This document shows, in pieces, positions 40,548-50,835 of a stretch of DNA of 64,000 nucleotides (the stretch's first letter is position 1; the number at the start of each line of letters is the position of its first letter). The DNA comes from an uncultured Gemmatimonadaceae bacterium (GTDB lineage Bacteria; Gemmatimonadota; Gemmatimonadetes; Gemmatimonadales; Gemmatimonadaceae). Location: contig CAWHHI010000005.1 of NCBI GenBank assembly GCA_963829055.1, forward strand, positions 256,001-320,000, given 5' to 3'. The notes under the pieces are model-generated. The model did not search any database and was not told where the DNA came from. It saw only the letters and a list, made by a program, of their open reading frames with translations. A program made the position numbers and the translations under genes.

Positions 40548-41881
40548 ACCGCGTCGGCCTGTCGCATGTCGCGCCACGAGCGGAGCGCGCGATCGATGAG
40601 CTCCTGTGTGCCGCCGAGGTACGACGCGGCGTCGAATGCCCGAATGAGCTCGCCCGACGTGAGCAATCCCGACACCCGCGTGTCGAGGCGGGTGGCCTCC
40701 TGCAGCGAGATCCGGTCACGAAACGCCCGCTCGACGAGCCCAGACGTTAGGCGCATGGCCTCGGGACGACCGACATGTGGTGCCAGCGTCGTCGCCAGCG
40801 ACTCGGCCATCAGCGCACCGGACGCGTCGTCGAGGTGCATGCGCATGCGGTCGGTGTACACGTCGAGCGACGCCACGGCGGAGCGGAGGTGCACGGCGGC
40901 GCGCATCGTGTGCCGAAACGCGTCCGGGATGACCGTCCATTCCGTCTGCCATCCGCCCGCACCACGCTCGTGCTCCTGCGACATCGCGGAGAGCATGACC
41001 GGAACTGCTCCGATCGCGAGGTTGGCGGCAGCGATGGCGTTCGTCGCCTCGACAGGGTTCCGCTTCTGCGGCATTGCCGACGACGTCCCCTTCCCGGCCA
41101 CGAAACCTTCGGCGACCTCGGCGACCTCCGTCTGCGACAGGAGCACGAGGTCATGCGCGATCTTCGCGATGACGCCGGCGGTCACGCCTAACGCCGCGAC
41201 GACGCTCGCCGGCCGGTCACGCTCTGCGTGCCACGGCAGATCCGGCAGCGTCAGATCCAGCTCGGCGGCCAGGAACCCCGCGACCGCCGACCCGCGCTCT
41301 CCCAGCGCCGCCAGTGTCCCCGCGGCGCCCCCGAATTGAAGCACGAGCGCGTCGTCGCGAACCCGCCGGAGTGTGGATATCTGTCGCGCAATACTGCCCA
41401 GCCAACGCGCGGCTTTCAGACCGAACGTGATGGGAACCGCCTGCTGCAACAGCGTTCGTCCGGGCATCACCGACATCCGGTGCGACTCGGCCAGCGTCGC
41501 GAGCGTGTCGGCAGCGTCGGCGAGGTCATCCGCGAGTTGCGTGAGGCCGTCGCGCATCTGGAGGACGAGCGCTGTATCGATCACGTCCTGACTCGTCGCG
41601 CCCCAGTGCACGTAGGGGCGCGCCGCGATCGGCACGTGCGCGATGAGATGCTGGACCAGTGGGATGGCCAGCGTGCCCGCGTGAAGCGCGTCGCGCTCGA
41701 GCGTCGGCACGTCGACCAGTTCCGCGCGACACGACTCGGCGATCGCGGTCGCCGCCTCGTGCGGGATGATCCCGGCGCGCGCCTCCGCCCGCGCGAGCGC
41801 AGCCTCGAAGCGGAGCATGAACGCGACGTGCGTGGCTACCGAGAAGATCCGGTCCGCGTCGCTCACCGTGGGCGCGTTCAC
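40544..41881 (-). CDS. pcaB: 3-carboxy-cis,cis-muconate cycloisomerase
   Basis: HWGATSQDVIDT, GRTLLQQAVP, SSAMPQKRNPV, QEHERGAGGWQTEW. Confidence 0.93.
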   Translation of the reverse strand: MNAPTVSDADRIFSVATHVAFMLRFEAALARAEARAGIIPHEAATAIAESCRAELVDVPTLERDALHAGTLAIPLVQHLIAHVPIAARPYVHWGATSQDVIDTALVLQMRDGLTQLADDLADAADTLATLAESHRMSVMPGRTLLQQAVPITFGLKAARWLGSIARQISTLRRVRDDALVLQFGGAAGTLAALGERGSAVAGFLAAELDLTLPDLPWHAERDRPASVVAALGVTAGVIAKIAHDLVLLSQTEVAEVAEGFVAGKGTSSAMPQKRNPVEATNAIAAANLAIGAVPVMLSAMSQEHERGAGGWQTEWTVIPDAFRHTMRAAVHLRSAVASLDVYTDRMRMHLDDASGALMAESLATTLAPHVGRPEAMRLTSGLVERAFRDRISLQEATRLDTRVSGLLTSGELIRAFDAASYLGGTQELIDRALRSWRDMRQADAV

Positions 41882-42411
41882 GGGCGCGATGACGTGAAAT
41901 CGAAGAACACGGTCTCCGCGTCACCCTGCAGGACGATGTCGAACCGATACGCGGGCGTTAGGCTCGCCCCGGGCTCCAGTGTGGCCACCAGCGTCCGACG
42001 ACGGCCTTCGGGAACGCGGCCGAGGATGGGGTCGGCGTTGGTCGCGGGCTCGTCCTGGAAGTAGATGCGGGTGAACAGGTGGTTCAGAAGTCCGCGCGCG
42101 AACACGGCGACCGACAGGTGCGGTGCCTGTGTCGTCGTGTGGTCGAACGGGATCGGCCGCGGCCTCACGGTCGTGAACGAGAACCGTCCGTGTTCGTCTG
42201 TCCCCACGCGCGCAAAGCCCGCCGCCTGCCATACCTCGATCACCGCGTCCGGCACGCCAACACCGTCGCCATCCAGGACGCGGCCGTCCACGCGGATGAG
42301 CGGACCAGCTGCGTCGCCCGCGATGACGTCACGGCGGACGTCGTCGCGCAGCATGCAGTCGTGAAAGAATGGGCCCACGGTCTGGGACGGGGTCACGAGG
42401 TGCGAGCTCAC
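41878..42411 (-). CDS. pcaG: Protocatechuate 3,4-dioxygenase alpha subunit
   Basis: TPSQTVGPFFH, EVWQA, QAPHLSVAVFARGLLNHLFTRIYF, YRFDIVLQGDAETVFF; GTG overlaps the pcaH stop. Confidence 0.92.
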   Translation of the reverse strand: MSSHLVTPSQTVGPFFHDCMLRDDVRRDVIAGDAAGPLIRVDGRVLDGDGVGVPDAVIEVWQAAGFARVGTDEHGRFSFTTVRPRPIPFDHTTTQAPHLSVAVFARGLLNHLFTRIYFQDEPATNADPILGRVPEGRRRTLVATLEPGASLTPAYRFDIVLQGDAETVFFDFTSSRP

Positions 42412-43157
42412 GCCGCGTCCTGGGAGCGCGTTTCGAACACCGTGGCGCTCGGGCCCGCGAGGACGATGTCCCAGCGCCATCCGAGCGCCCAGTGCGCCTC
42501 GGTCACGTCGTGCGCGTAGGCCGCGACGAGGCGCGGGCGCGCGCGCTCCGGTACCGCGTTGAAGATGGGATCGAGCGGAAGCAGCGGATCGTCCGGGAAG
42601 TACATCTGCGTTACGAGCCGCTGATGCCACGACGGCGCGAGCACCGAGAAGTGAATGTGCGCCGGCCGCCACGCGTTGTGATGGTTGCCCCACGGGTACG
42701 CGCCCGGGCGGACAGTGAGGAAGCGGTATTCGCCGCTGTCGGCCGTTAGGCACCGGCCCACGCCCAGGAAATGGGGATCGAGCGGACCCGGCCAGTCATC
42801 GCGCTTGTGGATGTAGCGGCCGGCCGCGTTCGCCTGCCACACTTCCAGCAGCGCGCCATCGACTGGCACGCCGTTCTCATCGATGACTCGGCCGGTGACG
42901 ATGATCCGCTGACCTAACGCCTCGCCGCCCGTCCCCGCGTTGCGGGTGAGGTCGGCGTCCTCGGGCGTCACGAGCGCGGTGTCGTGCCGCGGCGTGATCA
43001 GCTCGGATGCCGTCAGCGGGACGTCGACGAGCGGCAACCGCGGCGCGCGCCGAATCGTCGAGCGGTAGGCCTCGTAGAGGTACGGCGGAAACACGGCCGC
43101 GTCTCCGCGCACGATCTCGCCGATGGTCGTGATCACCGGGGGATCACCGGGGCTCAT
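42408..43157 (-). CDS. pcaH: Protocatechuate 3,4-dioxygenase beta subunit
   Basis: EVWQANAAGRY, PGAYPWGNHHNAWRPAHIHFS, LVTQMYF (Fe ligands Y, Y, H, H). Confidence 0.93.
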   Translation of the reverse strand: MSPGDPPVITTIGEIVRGDAAVFPPYLYEAYRSTIRRAPRLPLVDVPLTASELITPRHDTALVTPEDADLTRNAGTGGEALGQRIIVTGRVIDENGVPVDGALLEVWQANAAGRYIHKRDDWPGPLDPHFLGVGRCLTADSGEYRFLTVRPGAYPWGNHHNAWRPAHIHFSVLAPSWHQRLVTQMYFPDDPLLPLDPIFNAVPERARPRLVAAYAHDVTEAHWALGWRWDIVLAGPSATVFETRSQDAA

Positions 43158-43561
43158 CGCCGGTCGGAAGGACCGTTCTCGCCAGGGCGAACGCGCTGTT
43201 GGCCGCCGGGATGCCGGCGTACACGGCGACGTGCAACAGCGCCTCACGAATCTCCTCCGGCGTCGCGCCCGTGTTCCGCGTCGCCCGGAGATGCAGTTCC
43301 AGCTCCTCACGCCTGCCTAACGCAGCCAGCAGCGCGATCGTGATGAGGCTGCGGGTTTTCACGTCGATCCCCTCGCGCGCCCACACCGAGCCCCACGCGA
43401 CCTCGGTGATGAACTGCTGGAACGGCGCGTCGAACGCCGTCTGCGCCGCGGTCGCGCGATCGACGTGCTCGGGACCGAGCACCGAGCGACGCACGCGCAG
43501 GCCGTCCTGAAAGCGCGTGCTGTCGAGGCGCGGTACCGGCGTCCGGCTCGTCGTTAGGCAT
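43144..43561 (-). CDS. pcaC: 4-carboxymuconolactone decarboxylase; probable indel near 43525
   Basis: GLRVRRSVLG, FQQFITEVAWGSVWAR, EIREALLHVAVYAGIPAANSAF. Confidence 0.88.
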
Positions 43562-44747
43562 GCTCGTACCCCACATAGTTTTCGGCCAGGCTGGTCGCCG
43601 CCGCCCGCGATCCCACGACGTACCGCAACTGCGCGAGCTGCAGCTTATGGTGAAAGGCGTCGCCGTCGGGAACGCGGTGCAGCATCGACGTCATCCACCA
43701 GGAGAAGTGTTCCGCCCGCCACACCCGCCGGAGGCAGGTCCGTGAATACGCGTCGAGCAGCGCTCTGTCGCCCGTACGATACCACTCCGCGACGGCGGCG
43801 CCGAGTACCCGGACGTCCGCAATGGCGAGGTTCATCCCTTTGGCACCGGTGGGCGGGACGACGTGAGCCGCGTCGCCGGCGAGGAACAGCCGCCCCCACT
43901 GCATCGGTTCCATCACCGAGCTGCGCATGGTAGTCACGCTCTTCTCGAGCACTGGTCCCGCCTCGAGGCGCCAGCCGTCAGCCGTCTCGAGTCGCGCGCG
44001 CAACTCGTCCCAGATGCGATCGTCGGGCCAGGCATCGAGCGCGTCGTCCGGTGCGCACTGTACGTACAGGCGCGTGATCGACGGCGTCCGCATGCTGTGC
44101 AGCGCGAACCCGCGGTCGTGATAGGCGTAGATCAGCTCATCGAGTGACGGCGGCACCGCGGCGAGGATGCCAAGCCACGCGAACGGGTAGGTCCGCTCGA
44201 ACACGCGATAGGCGTCGTCGGGAATCGATCCGCGCGAGATGCCATGCGACCCATCGCATCCTGCGATGATGTCGCATTCGATCTCGCGCACAGCATCACC
44301 AGAACGAAAGCGGACGCGCGGCCGGTCGGAGTCGACGTCGTGCAGGCTGACGTCGTTCGCTTCGAAGCAGATGTCCCGGCCGGTCGCGAGCCGCGCCCCG
44401 ATGAGGTCCTTCACGACCTCGTGCTGGCCATACACGGTGATGGAGCGACCGCCGCTGAGCTCCGTGAGCGGAATGCGGTGCCGTTCTCCCTCGAACTGCA
44501 GATGAATGCCGTGATGGACGAGTCCTTCGCGATCCATCCGGTCGCCGACGCCGAGCGCGCGGAACAGGTCGACGGTTCCCTGCTCCAGCACGCCCGCGCG
44601 CAGTCGTCGCTCGACGTACGCGCGATCACGCCGCTCGATGATCACGGAGTCGATCCCGTGATGGTGCAGCAGATGCCCCAGCGTGAGCCCCGCCGGCCCG
44701 GCTCCGATGATCGCGACCTGTGTGCGGGTCGACTCGTGTCCCGTCAT
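43554..44747 (-). CDS. pobA: 4-hydroxybenzoate 3-monooxygenase
   Basis: TQVAIIGAGPAGL, RAGVLEQG, YPFAWLGIL, GDAAHVVPPTGAKGMNLA, LAENYVG; alternative start at 44774. Confidence 0.95.
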   Translation of the reverse strand: MTGHESTRTQVAIIGAGPAGLTLGHLLHHHGIDSVIIERRDRAYVERRLRAGVLEQGTVDLFRALGVGDRMDREGLVHHGIHLQFEGERHRIPLTELSGGRSITVYGQHEVVKDLIGARLATGRDICFEANDVSLHDVDSDRPRVRFRSGDAVREIECDIIAGCDGSHGISRGSIPDDAYRVFERTYPFAWLGILAAVPPSLDELIYAYHDRGFALHSMRTPSITRLYVQCAPDDALDAWPDDRIWDELRARLETADGWRLEAGPVLEKSVTTMRSSVMEPMQWGRLFLAGDAAHVVPPTGAKGMNLAIADVRVLGAAVAEWYRTGDRALLDAYSRTCLRRVWRAEHFSWWMTSMLHRVPDGDAFHHKLQLAQLRYVVGSRAAATSLAENYVGYEHA

Positions 44748-44808
44748 GCCGGCGGCGCCTAACGTGCCGACCATCTAGTGGATTGCGAGCAAGTGGATTG
44801 CGAGCGAG

Positions 44809-44935
44809 ATGTTGAGAGCAGGCGAGGCGGGCCGTATTGCCGGATTTGGCAAACGGGCGACGTGCTGTGACGGCCGCGTTGCGCTGCGCCTTTGCCAAAT
44901 CCGGCAATGAGGCCAGAATCGCCTGCTCTCAACAT
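44809..44935. repeat. 127-bp imperfect palindrome (MITE/REP-like)
   Basis: ATGTTGAGAGCAGGCGA (44809-44825) / TCGCCTGCTCTCAACAT (44919-44935) and ATTGCCGGATTTGGCAAA (44836-44853) / TTTGCCAAATCCGGCAAT (44891-44908). Confidence 0.85.
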
Positions 44936-44954
44936 TCTTCACACGCCCGCTCCA

Positions 44955-45761
44955 CTAGCGGGCCTCGAACGTGAGCGTCGCCCACTTCGATTCGTAGTTC
45001 ACGCTGTCGCCCGTGACGGGCACCATGTGAATGAACTTGATGTACCAGTACCCTCGAGCGCTGAGCCGCACGCGTGCCACGCCGCTGGTGTCCGACCGAA
45101 CGTTCTGCACCGCCAGCCGTTCCCCGTCAGGGTCGCGTCCACCGGCAACGACGAGCTGATTGCGGACCGGACGCCCGTCCACGAGCGTTCGAACGCGAAC
45201 GGTCTGCCCGACCTTCAACGCGTACGGGTTGTCGAGCGGCACCACCTCCGCCGGGTAGCCGAGGGCCATGTCGAAGCCCGGCGTTCGCGCATTGCCGGCC
45301 TGCAACATCGTCTTCACGTGCTTGGAGTACCGCTCGTGCGACGATTTCTGGAGATCACCGGACTTGCGGCGAGCCTCGAGAACGTCCGGCAGGCCGTCCG
45401 ACGCGAGGTACTCGTTGAACGCTTTCGCGTCGAGCTTCAGTGTACGTGGGAGCGTCAATGCACCCACGACGTAGGTGCCCGGTCCCCCAACGCGAACGCT
45501 GACGACACTCGTGTCACCGGTATCGAGCCACCCGGCCGTATCGGCGCGCTGGCGCCCCGTCGGCCCGACGACGCTCAGGTCACTCACTCGATTCCTCGTG
45601 ACGGCGTTCTCGCTCTTCTCGAACGTCCCGTTGAGCACCCTGACGCGCGCCTGGCTTTGCGGTTCGACGAAGAATCGGAACGGCTTGAGGAAGAGGTCGT
45701 GCGCGGCGACCGAACGCGCGATGGCGAGGATGAGAAGCACGACCACGGCAATGCGTCGCAT
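44955..45761 (-). CDS. DUF4198 domain exported protein
   Basis: Signal peptide ending AAH-DLFL, FNEYLASDGL, ERYSKHVKT, EVVPLDNPY, YESKWATLTF. Confidence 0.82.
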   Translation of the reverse strand: MRRIAVVVLLILAIARSVAAHDLFLKPFRFFVEPQSQARVRVLNGTFEKSENAVTRNRVSDLSVVGPTGRQRADTAGWLDTGDTSVVSVRVGGPGTYVVGALTLPRTLKLDAKAFNEYLASDGLPDVLEARRKSGDLQKSSHERYSKHVKTMLQAGNARTPGFDMALGYPAEVVPLDNPYALKVGQTVRVRTLVDGRPVRNQLVVAGGRDPDGERLAVQNVRSDTSGVARVRLSARGYWYIKFIHMVPVTGDSVNYESKWATLTFEAR

Positions 45762-45913
45762 GAGCGAACCTCGATTGGGTTGAGCGATGCCGGCTCCGAC
45801 ATTGGCAGCGCGACAACTAACAAGGGTTCGCCAACTGGTCTTGTCAATTCTCCGGCAAGCCTTGCTGCCACTGCACCTCGGAGTGATCGTCGATCAGCCC
45901 TCTCCCTCTCGAT

Positions 45914-47452
45914 ATGCAACGCCGCGACTTCCTGATCGATCTCACGCGCTACGCCGCGCTTGCCGCCATCGTTCCTAACGACTGGCGTGTGCTCCACCAT
46001 CCGCGCTTCGCGGACGACCCCTTCACGTTGGGGCTCGCGTCGGGCGATCCGACTCCGACCACGATCATGCTGTGGACGCGTCTCGCGCCCAAGCCGCTCG
46101 AGCCGTCCGGCGGGATGGAGGGACTCAGGGCGATGGTCGGCTGGGAGGTCGCCGAAGACGAGAAGTTCACGCAGATCGTGAAACGCGGCACCGCCACGGC
46201 CGCGCCGGAGCTCGGCTACAGCGTACACGTCGATGTCGACGGCCTTGCTCCGAACCGCTGGTACTTCTACCGGTTCCGCTCAGGACAGGCGGAGAGCGTC
46301 GTCGGACGTACGCGCACCGCGCCGGCCGCGGGAACGATGGCCCCGCTCGCACTGGCCCTCGCCTCCTGCCAGCATTACGAGCAGGGCTACTACACGGCGT
46401 ACGAGCACATGGCGCGCGAGGAGCTGGACGCTGTCGCGTTCCTCGGCGACTACATCTACGAGTCCGGCCCGAACCGCGCCAACCCGCGTCAGCACTCGAA
46501 CGCCGAGCCGTCGACGATCGAGGGATATCGGACCCGTTATGCGCAGTACAAGTCGGATCCCGCGCTGCAGGCGATGCACGCGCGCTGCCCGTGGATGCTG
46601 ATCACCGACGATCACGAGGTCGACAACAACTACGCCGGGCTCGTGAGTGAGAACGAGATGGAATCAGTGGACCAGGTACACGCGCGTCGCGCCGCCGCGT
46701 ATCAGGCGTGGTGGGAACACCAACCGGTGCGAGTGCCGCGCGCCAACTCGTGGGCCGATCTCGTGCAGATGCGGCGCGTCGACTGGGGCGACCTCGCGCG
46801 CATTCATCTGCTCGACGGACGACAGTACCGCGACGACCAGGCGTGCGGCGACGGCGACCGCGAGGTTCCCTGCGGCAACTGGGCCGACGTGAAACGCACG
46901 ATGCTCGGCGACGCGCAGGAAAAATGGCTGAGCGAGGGCCTGCGCACGTCGAAGCATCGCTGGCAGGTGCTCGCCAATCAGGTGATGCTCGCACCGTTCG
47001 ATCGCGCGGTGGGCCCGAAGCGCCAAACGAGCATGGACAAGTGGAGCGGGTATCCCGCGGCGACCGAGCGCCTGCTTGGATCGATCGCCAGGTATGCGCC
47101 TAACAGGACCGTCACGATCACGGGCGACATCCACTCCAACTGGGTGAACGAGCTTCACGACGGATTCGCGCGCGACGACCGCCCGATCGTGGGTGCGGAG
47201 TTCGTCACCACCAGCATCTCGTCAGGCGGAGACGGGAGCGACCGCAGCTTCCTCTCGGAGGAACAGCAGGGCGAGAACCGGCACGTGAAGTGGCAGAACA
47301 GCCGGCGCGGCTACGTCGTGTGCCGAGCCGACCGCGACGCCTGGCACGCGGAGTACAGGACGGTCTCCTATGTCATGAAGCCGGGGGCGCCGGTGGAGAC
47401 GCCGACGAAGTGGCGCGTCGAACACGGGCGGCCGGGAATTCTCCCCGGCTGA
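45914..47452 (+). CDS. phoD: Alkaline phosphatase D family protein, Tat-exported
   Basis: MQRRDFL Tat motif, FTLGLASGDP, LGDYIYE, DDHEVDNN, LDGRQYR, GDIH. Confidence 0.93.
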   Translation: MQRRDFLIDLTRYAALAAIVPNDWRVLHHPRFADDPFTLGLASGDPTPTTIMLWTRLAPKPLEPSGGMEGLRAMVGWEVAEDEKFTQIVKRGTATAAPELGYSVHVDVDGLAPNRWYFYRFRSGQAESVVGRTRTAPAAGTMAPLALALASCQHYEQGYYTAYEHMAREELDAVAFLGDYIYESGPNRANPRQHSNAEPSTIEGYRTRYAQYKSDPALQAMHARCPWMLITDDHEVDNNYAGLVSENEMESVDQVHARRAAAYQAWWEHQPVRVPRANSWADLVQMRRVDWGDLARIHLLDGRQYRDDQACGDGDREVPCGNWADVKRTMLGDAQEKWLSEGLRTSKHRWQVLANQVMLAPFDRAVGPKRQTSMDKWSGYPAATERLLGSIARYAPNRTVTITGDIHSNWVNELHDGFARDDRPIVGAEFVTTSISSGGDGSDRSFLSEEQQGENRHVKWQNSRRGYVVCRADRDAWHAEYRTVSYVMKPGAPVETPTKWRVEHGRPGILPG

Positions 47453-47523
47453 CGGCACCAACGCGATCTCCGGCCGTCTATCCGCCTAACGGCGCCGCGG
47501 CTTCAGGATGTCCCTCACCGTCC

Positions 47524-50500
47524 TCACTGCTTCGTCGGCTGCACCGTCTGCACGCCCTCCGTGGCCCAGAAAAACTTCCGGAACGGCTTCGACTCTGGCC
47601 ACACCTGGTCCAGCGTGTCGCCATCGTACAGGACACCGCTCTTCATCACGTAACGAATGTCGGTCGAGTTGCGGATGTTGACCAGTGGATCGCTGTTGAG
47701 CACCACGAGGTCTGCGAGCTTCCCGACGACGATTGAGCCGATGTCCTGGTCGACGCCGATGAATTTGGCCGGGAACAGCGTGGCGGTGCGGAGCGCCTGC
47801 ATCGGTGTCATGGCGCTCGCCATCTGCCAGAGCTCGAAGTGTGAGTCGATCCCCTGCAGTTGACCATGCGCGCCGATCGCGCCGTAGCCGCCGGCGGCGA
47901 CGATGTCGGCCACGCCCTGGGCCGTGATAGGGAACGGATAGGAGGTGACCGGCCGAAGCGTTCGACGCTGCGTGTGCGGATAGAGCCAGCGCCAGGGGAT
48001 GAACCGCTGCAGCTTCGGATTCTTCCAGAGGTCCGATTCCTGGTAGAAATAGTCCTCGCCCCAGGGTCCGGCACCACCGACGTTCAGCGTCGGCGAGTAG
48101 AAGAATCCCGCCTGCCCCAGGAATTGCGTCACGTCGCGGTACAGCGGAAGGGTAAGGATCGGGTGCTCGCACCCCGTATGGCCGTCCATGGCGATGGCCA
48201 GGTACTCCAGGTGATCGGCGTCGCCCTCGCAGGTCACCATCAGCCCAGCCTCCCGTGCTGCCTCGACGGTCTTCTGTCGCTGATCCCGCCGACGCTGCTG
48301 GTACTCCTTGATCGATCGAGCACCGTAGGTCTTCAACCGATTCACTTCGTGCTGCGCGTCCTCGAAGCTCTCGATGATCCCTTGTCGTGCGGTGGTGCGA
48401 CTCGAGAGTGAAGGGCCGGTGCTGTACATGCGCGGTCCGACCTGCGTTCCGGCTTCCACGTCTTCGGCCATCGTGAAAATCGCTTCGGCCGTACCGGAGG
48501 GCTCGAGCGCGGTCGTGATGCCGTGCGCCAGGTTCGACGCCATCTCCCAGCTTTGCTGGGACAGGATCTCGCGGGCCTCTCTGGTGGTGTGCTTGTGGGT
48601 GTCGACGAGTCCAGGGATGATGGTCTTGCCCGTCGCCTCGATCCGCCGCGCCCCCTCGGGGATCGTGATCCTCCCGCTTTCACCCACGGCGGTGATGCGG
48701 CCGTCCTGGACCACGATGTCGCCGCGCGCGATCACGCGATCGCCGTCCATGGTCACTATGCGCGCACCGGTGAGCGCGACTGTACCCTTGCCGAGCGCGC
48801 GCGGTACTTGGAGCGCAACGCGGACGGTGTCCGTGGATCGGCTGTCCACGCGATGCCGGAAGTACCGGTTGGCGCTCCCCCACTCGAGGATTTTGGCGCC
48901 GACCCAATTCGGAAAATTGCCACCCTCGACGCTCAGGCGTCGCGCGAGAATGGCCGGCTGCGCGACGGTCATCGCCACCGGCTCGCCCGCCATGCCCGCC
49001 CAGGCGAATGGGGCCAGGAACATGTTGTCGCCGCGCTGAAACGCGAGCCATTGACCGTCGGGGGAAGGCGCCGCCTCATCGACCGCCTCGAGCGTCATGT
49101 GCGTGCGCGTGTCGAGGCCGTCGAGCTGTACCGATTTCAACGCCGCCCGCGCTCCCTGTCCTCCTCCCCCTCCTCCCTGTGCGGTCTCGAGGTAGAAGAT
49201 TCGTCCGTCGGGCCCGAACTTCGGAGCGACGATTTTCCCCCCTCGGCTCACGACGTCGGTGATGGTCTGGGCGGCGCCTCCAGCCGCCGGCACCCACTCC
49301 AGCGTGAACGAGGCCTCGTCCGATGGCATGCGCCCGCGCAGCATCTCCCCCGACCCTCGGGCCACAACCACCCGCTGCCCGTCGGGTGACCACGCCGGGT
49401 TAGCGTACATCCCCGGAACCTGCGTCAGGCGCTGCGGCGCGCCGCCGGCTTTCTGCACCTTCCACACGTGACCGTACGCGGTGTCCGACCAGCTGGTGAA
49501 GACCAGCCAGTTCCCATCGGGCGACCATGCCGGGGCGTATTCCTGGGCCGTGAACGTCGCGTCGGTGAGCCGGCGCGGCTTCCCGTTAGGCAGGTCCATC
49601 ACCCAGATCTTGTCCACTGCGACGAACGCCAGCACGCGACCGTCGGGCGAGGCCGTGTGATAGCGGATCATGTGGATGTCCAGGGGACCGTCGGGGATCC
49701 GAATCGGCGTGTAGACCTTCTGGGAGATGGTCTTCTCGACGCGGGCCGTGAACGGGATGGTCGTGACGCCGCCGGTCGCGACGTCGAGGCGTCGAAGCTT
49801 CCCTCCTTCGGGGATCACGATCGACTTGCCGTCCGGCGTCCAGCTGTACCGGGGCAGCGCGCCATTGTTGTTCCGCTCCTGCACGTCCGTCGTGATCGGA
49901 TCCATGACCATCCGCTCGGCCCCTGTCTGGAGGTCGCGCAGCCAGAGCGCCGTGCGCGGGCCGTACTCGTGCCCGGCGATCATCTGCGTGCCGTCGGCGA
50001 TGCGGCGGCCGAACGCGAGCCACCGCCCGTCGGGCGAGAGGGCTGGTGCTATGGCACCGCCGCTGGAACGTCGCCCCCCTCCGCCGTCCTGCAGCGGGCC
50101 GACACCACTGGTGATCTCGGCGATCGTTCCCGTCCTCCGGTCCAGGCGCCTGAGCTGATACAGCCCGCGCGCCGGATTGCGGTCTCCGGGGATGTTGCCC
50201 ACGTCCTCATAGTAGATGTACCGGCCGTCCGGTGAGACTTCGGGCCAGGATGCGCTGACGTTTTCGCCGGTGACGCGCACGCCGGCGCCACCATCGATGT
50301 GCCACATCCAGAGCTCGCCGCGGCCGTCGTTGTTCGAGTCTCCGCCCAGTCGCGCGATGATGTAGTTGCCGTCCGGGGTCCAGGCCGGCAACGCCATGCG
50401 CTTCTCGCGCTGATTCGAGACCTTCCGGGGGTTGGAGCCATCCGCGTTCATCACCCAGACGTTCTCCTGGCCATCGCGGTCGGAGATGAACGCGATCTTC

Positions 50501-50835
50501 GAACCGTTAGGCGAGAAGACGGCGTGGTAGTTGAGCGCGATGCCGCTCGCTCGGGTGAGCGGTCGAGCCTCGCCGCCCTCGATCGGCAGGACCCAGATGT
50601 CGCCGACCATGTCGAAGACGATGGTCCGGCCGTCCGGAGACACGTCGGGCGAGAGCCACGTCCCCTCGTCCGTGGTGAAGCTGATCTTGCGCGTCACTCC
50701 GCGCGCCCGGGTTACATCCCAGGGAGGATCCTGGGCCGGGGTTGGGGCCTGAGCCCGGAGCGGAGCCGCTTCGGCGCCGAGGGCCACGATCGCGGCCGCC
50801 ATGCCGGACGCCAAAAGGCGATGCAGGACTGGCAT
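47524..50835 (-). CDS. Exported PD40/TolB-repeat protein fused to an amidohydrolase domain
   Basis: TDEGTWLSPDVSPDG, many SPDG repeats, PGLVDTHKH, GAHGQLQG, GKLADLVVLNSDPL. Confidence 0.9.
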   Translation of the reverse strand: MPVLHRLLASGMAAAIVALGAEAAPLRAQAPTPAQDPPWDVTRARGVTRKISFTTDEGTWLSPDVSPDGRTIVFDMVGDIWVLPIEGGEARPLTRASGIALNYHAVFSPNGSKIAFISDRDGQENVWVMNADGSNPRKVSNQREKRMALPAWTPDGNYIIARLGGDSNNDGRGELWMWHIDGGAGVRVTGENVSASWPEVSPDGRYIYYEDVGNIPGDRNPARGLYQLRRLDRRTGTIAEITSGVGPLQDGGGGRRSSGGAIAPALSPDGRWLAFGRRIADGTQMIAGHEYGPRTALWLRDLQTGAERMVMDPITTDVQERNNNGALPRYSWTPDGKSIVIPEGGKLRRLDVATGGVTTIPFTARVEKTISQKVYTPIRIPDGPLDIHMIRYHTASPDGRVLAFVAVDKIWVMDLPNGKPRRLTDATFTAQEYAPAWSPDGNWLVFTSWSDTAYGHVWKVQKAGGAPQRLTQVPGMYANPAWSPDGQRVVVARGSGEMLRGRMPSDEASFTLEWVPAAGGAAQTITDVVSRGGKIVAPKFGPDGRIFYLETAQGGGGGGQGARAALKSVQLDGLDTRTHMTLEAVDEAAPSPDGQWLAFQRGDNMFLAPFAWAGMAGEPVAMTVAQPAILARRLSVEGGNFPNWVGAKILEWGSANRYFRHRVDSRSTDTVRVALQVPRALGKGTVALTGARIVTMDGDRVIARGDIVVQDGRITAVGESGRITIPEGARRIEATGKTIIPGLVDTHKHTTREAREILSQQSWEMASNLAHGITTALEPSGTAEAIFTMAEDVEAGTQVGPRMYSTGPSLSSRTTARQGIIESFEDAQHEVNRLKTYGARSIKEYQQRRRDQRQKTVEAAREAGLMVTCEGDADHLEYLAIAMDGHTGCEHPILTLPLYRDVTQFLGQAGFFYSPTLNVGGAGPWGEDYFYQESDLWKNPKLQRFIPWRWLYPHTQRRTLRPVTSYPFPITAQGVADIVAAGGYGAIGAHGQLQGIDSHFELWQMASAMTPMQALRTATLFPAKFIGVDQDIGSIVVGKLADLVVLNSDPLVNIRNSTDIRYVMKSGVLYDGDTLDQVWPESKPFRKFFWATEGVQTVQPTKQ

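Noticed and set aside
49202..49209. Further CGTCCGTC copies (49202, 49884) as ECF promoters
   Set aside because: Intragenic and lacking the RGAAW element 15 nt upstream.
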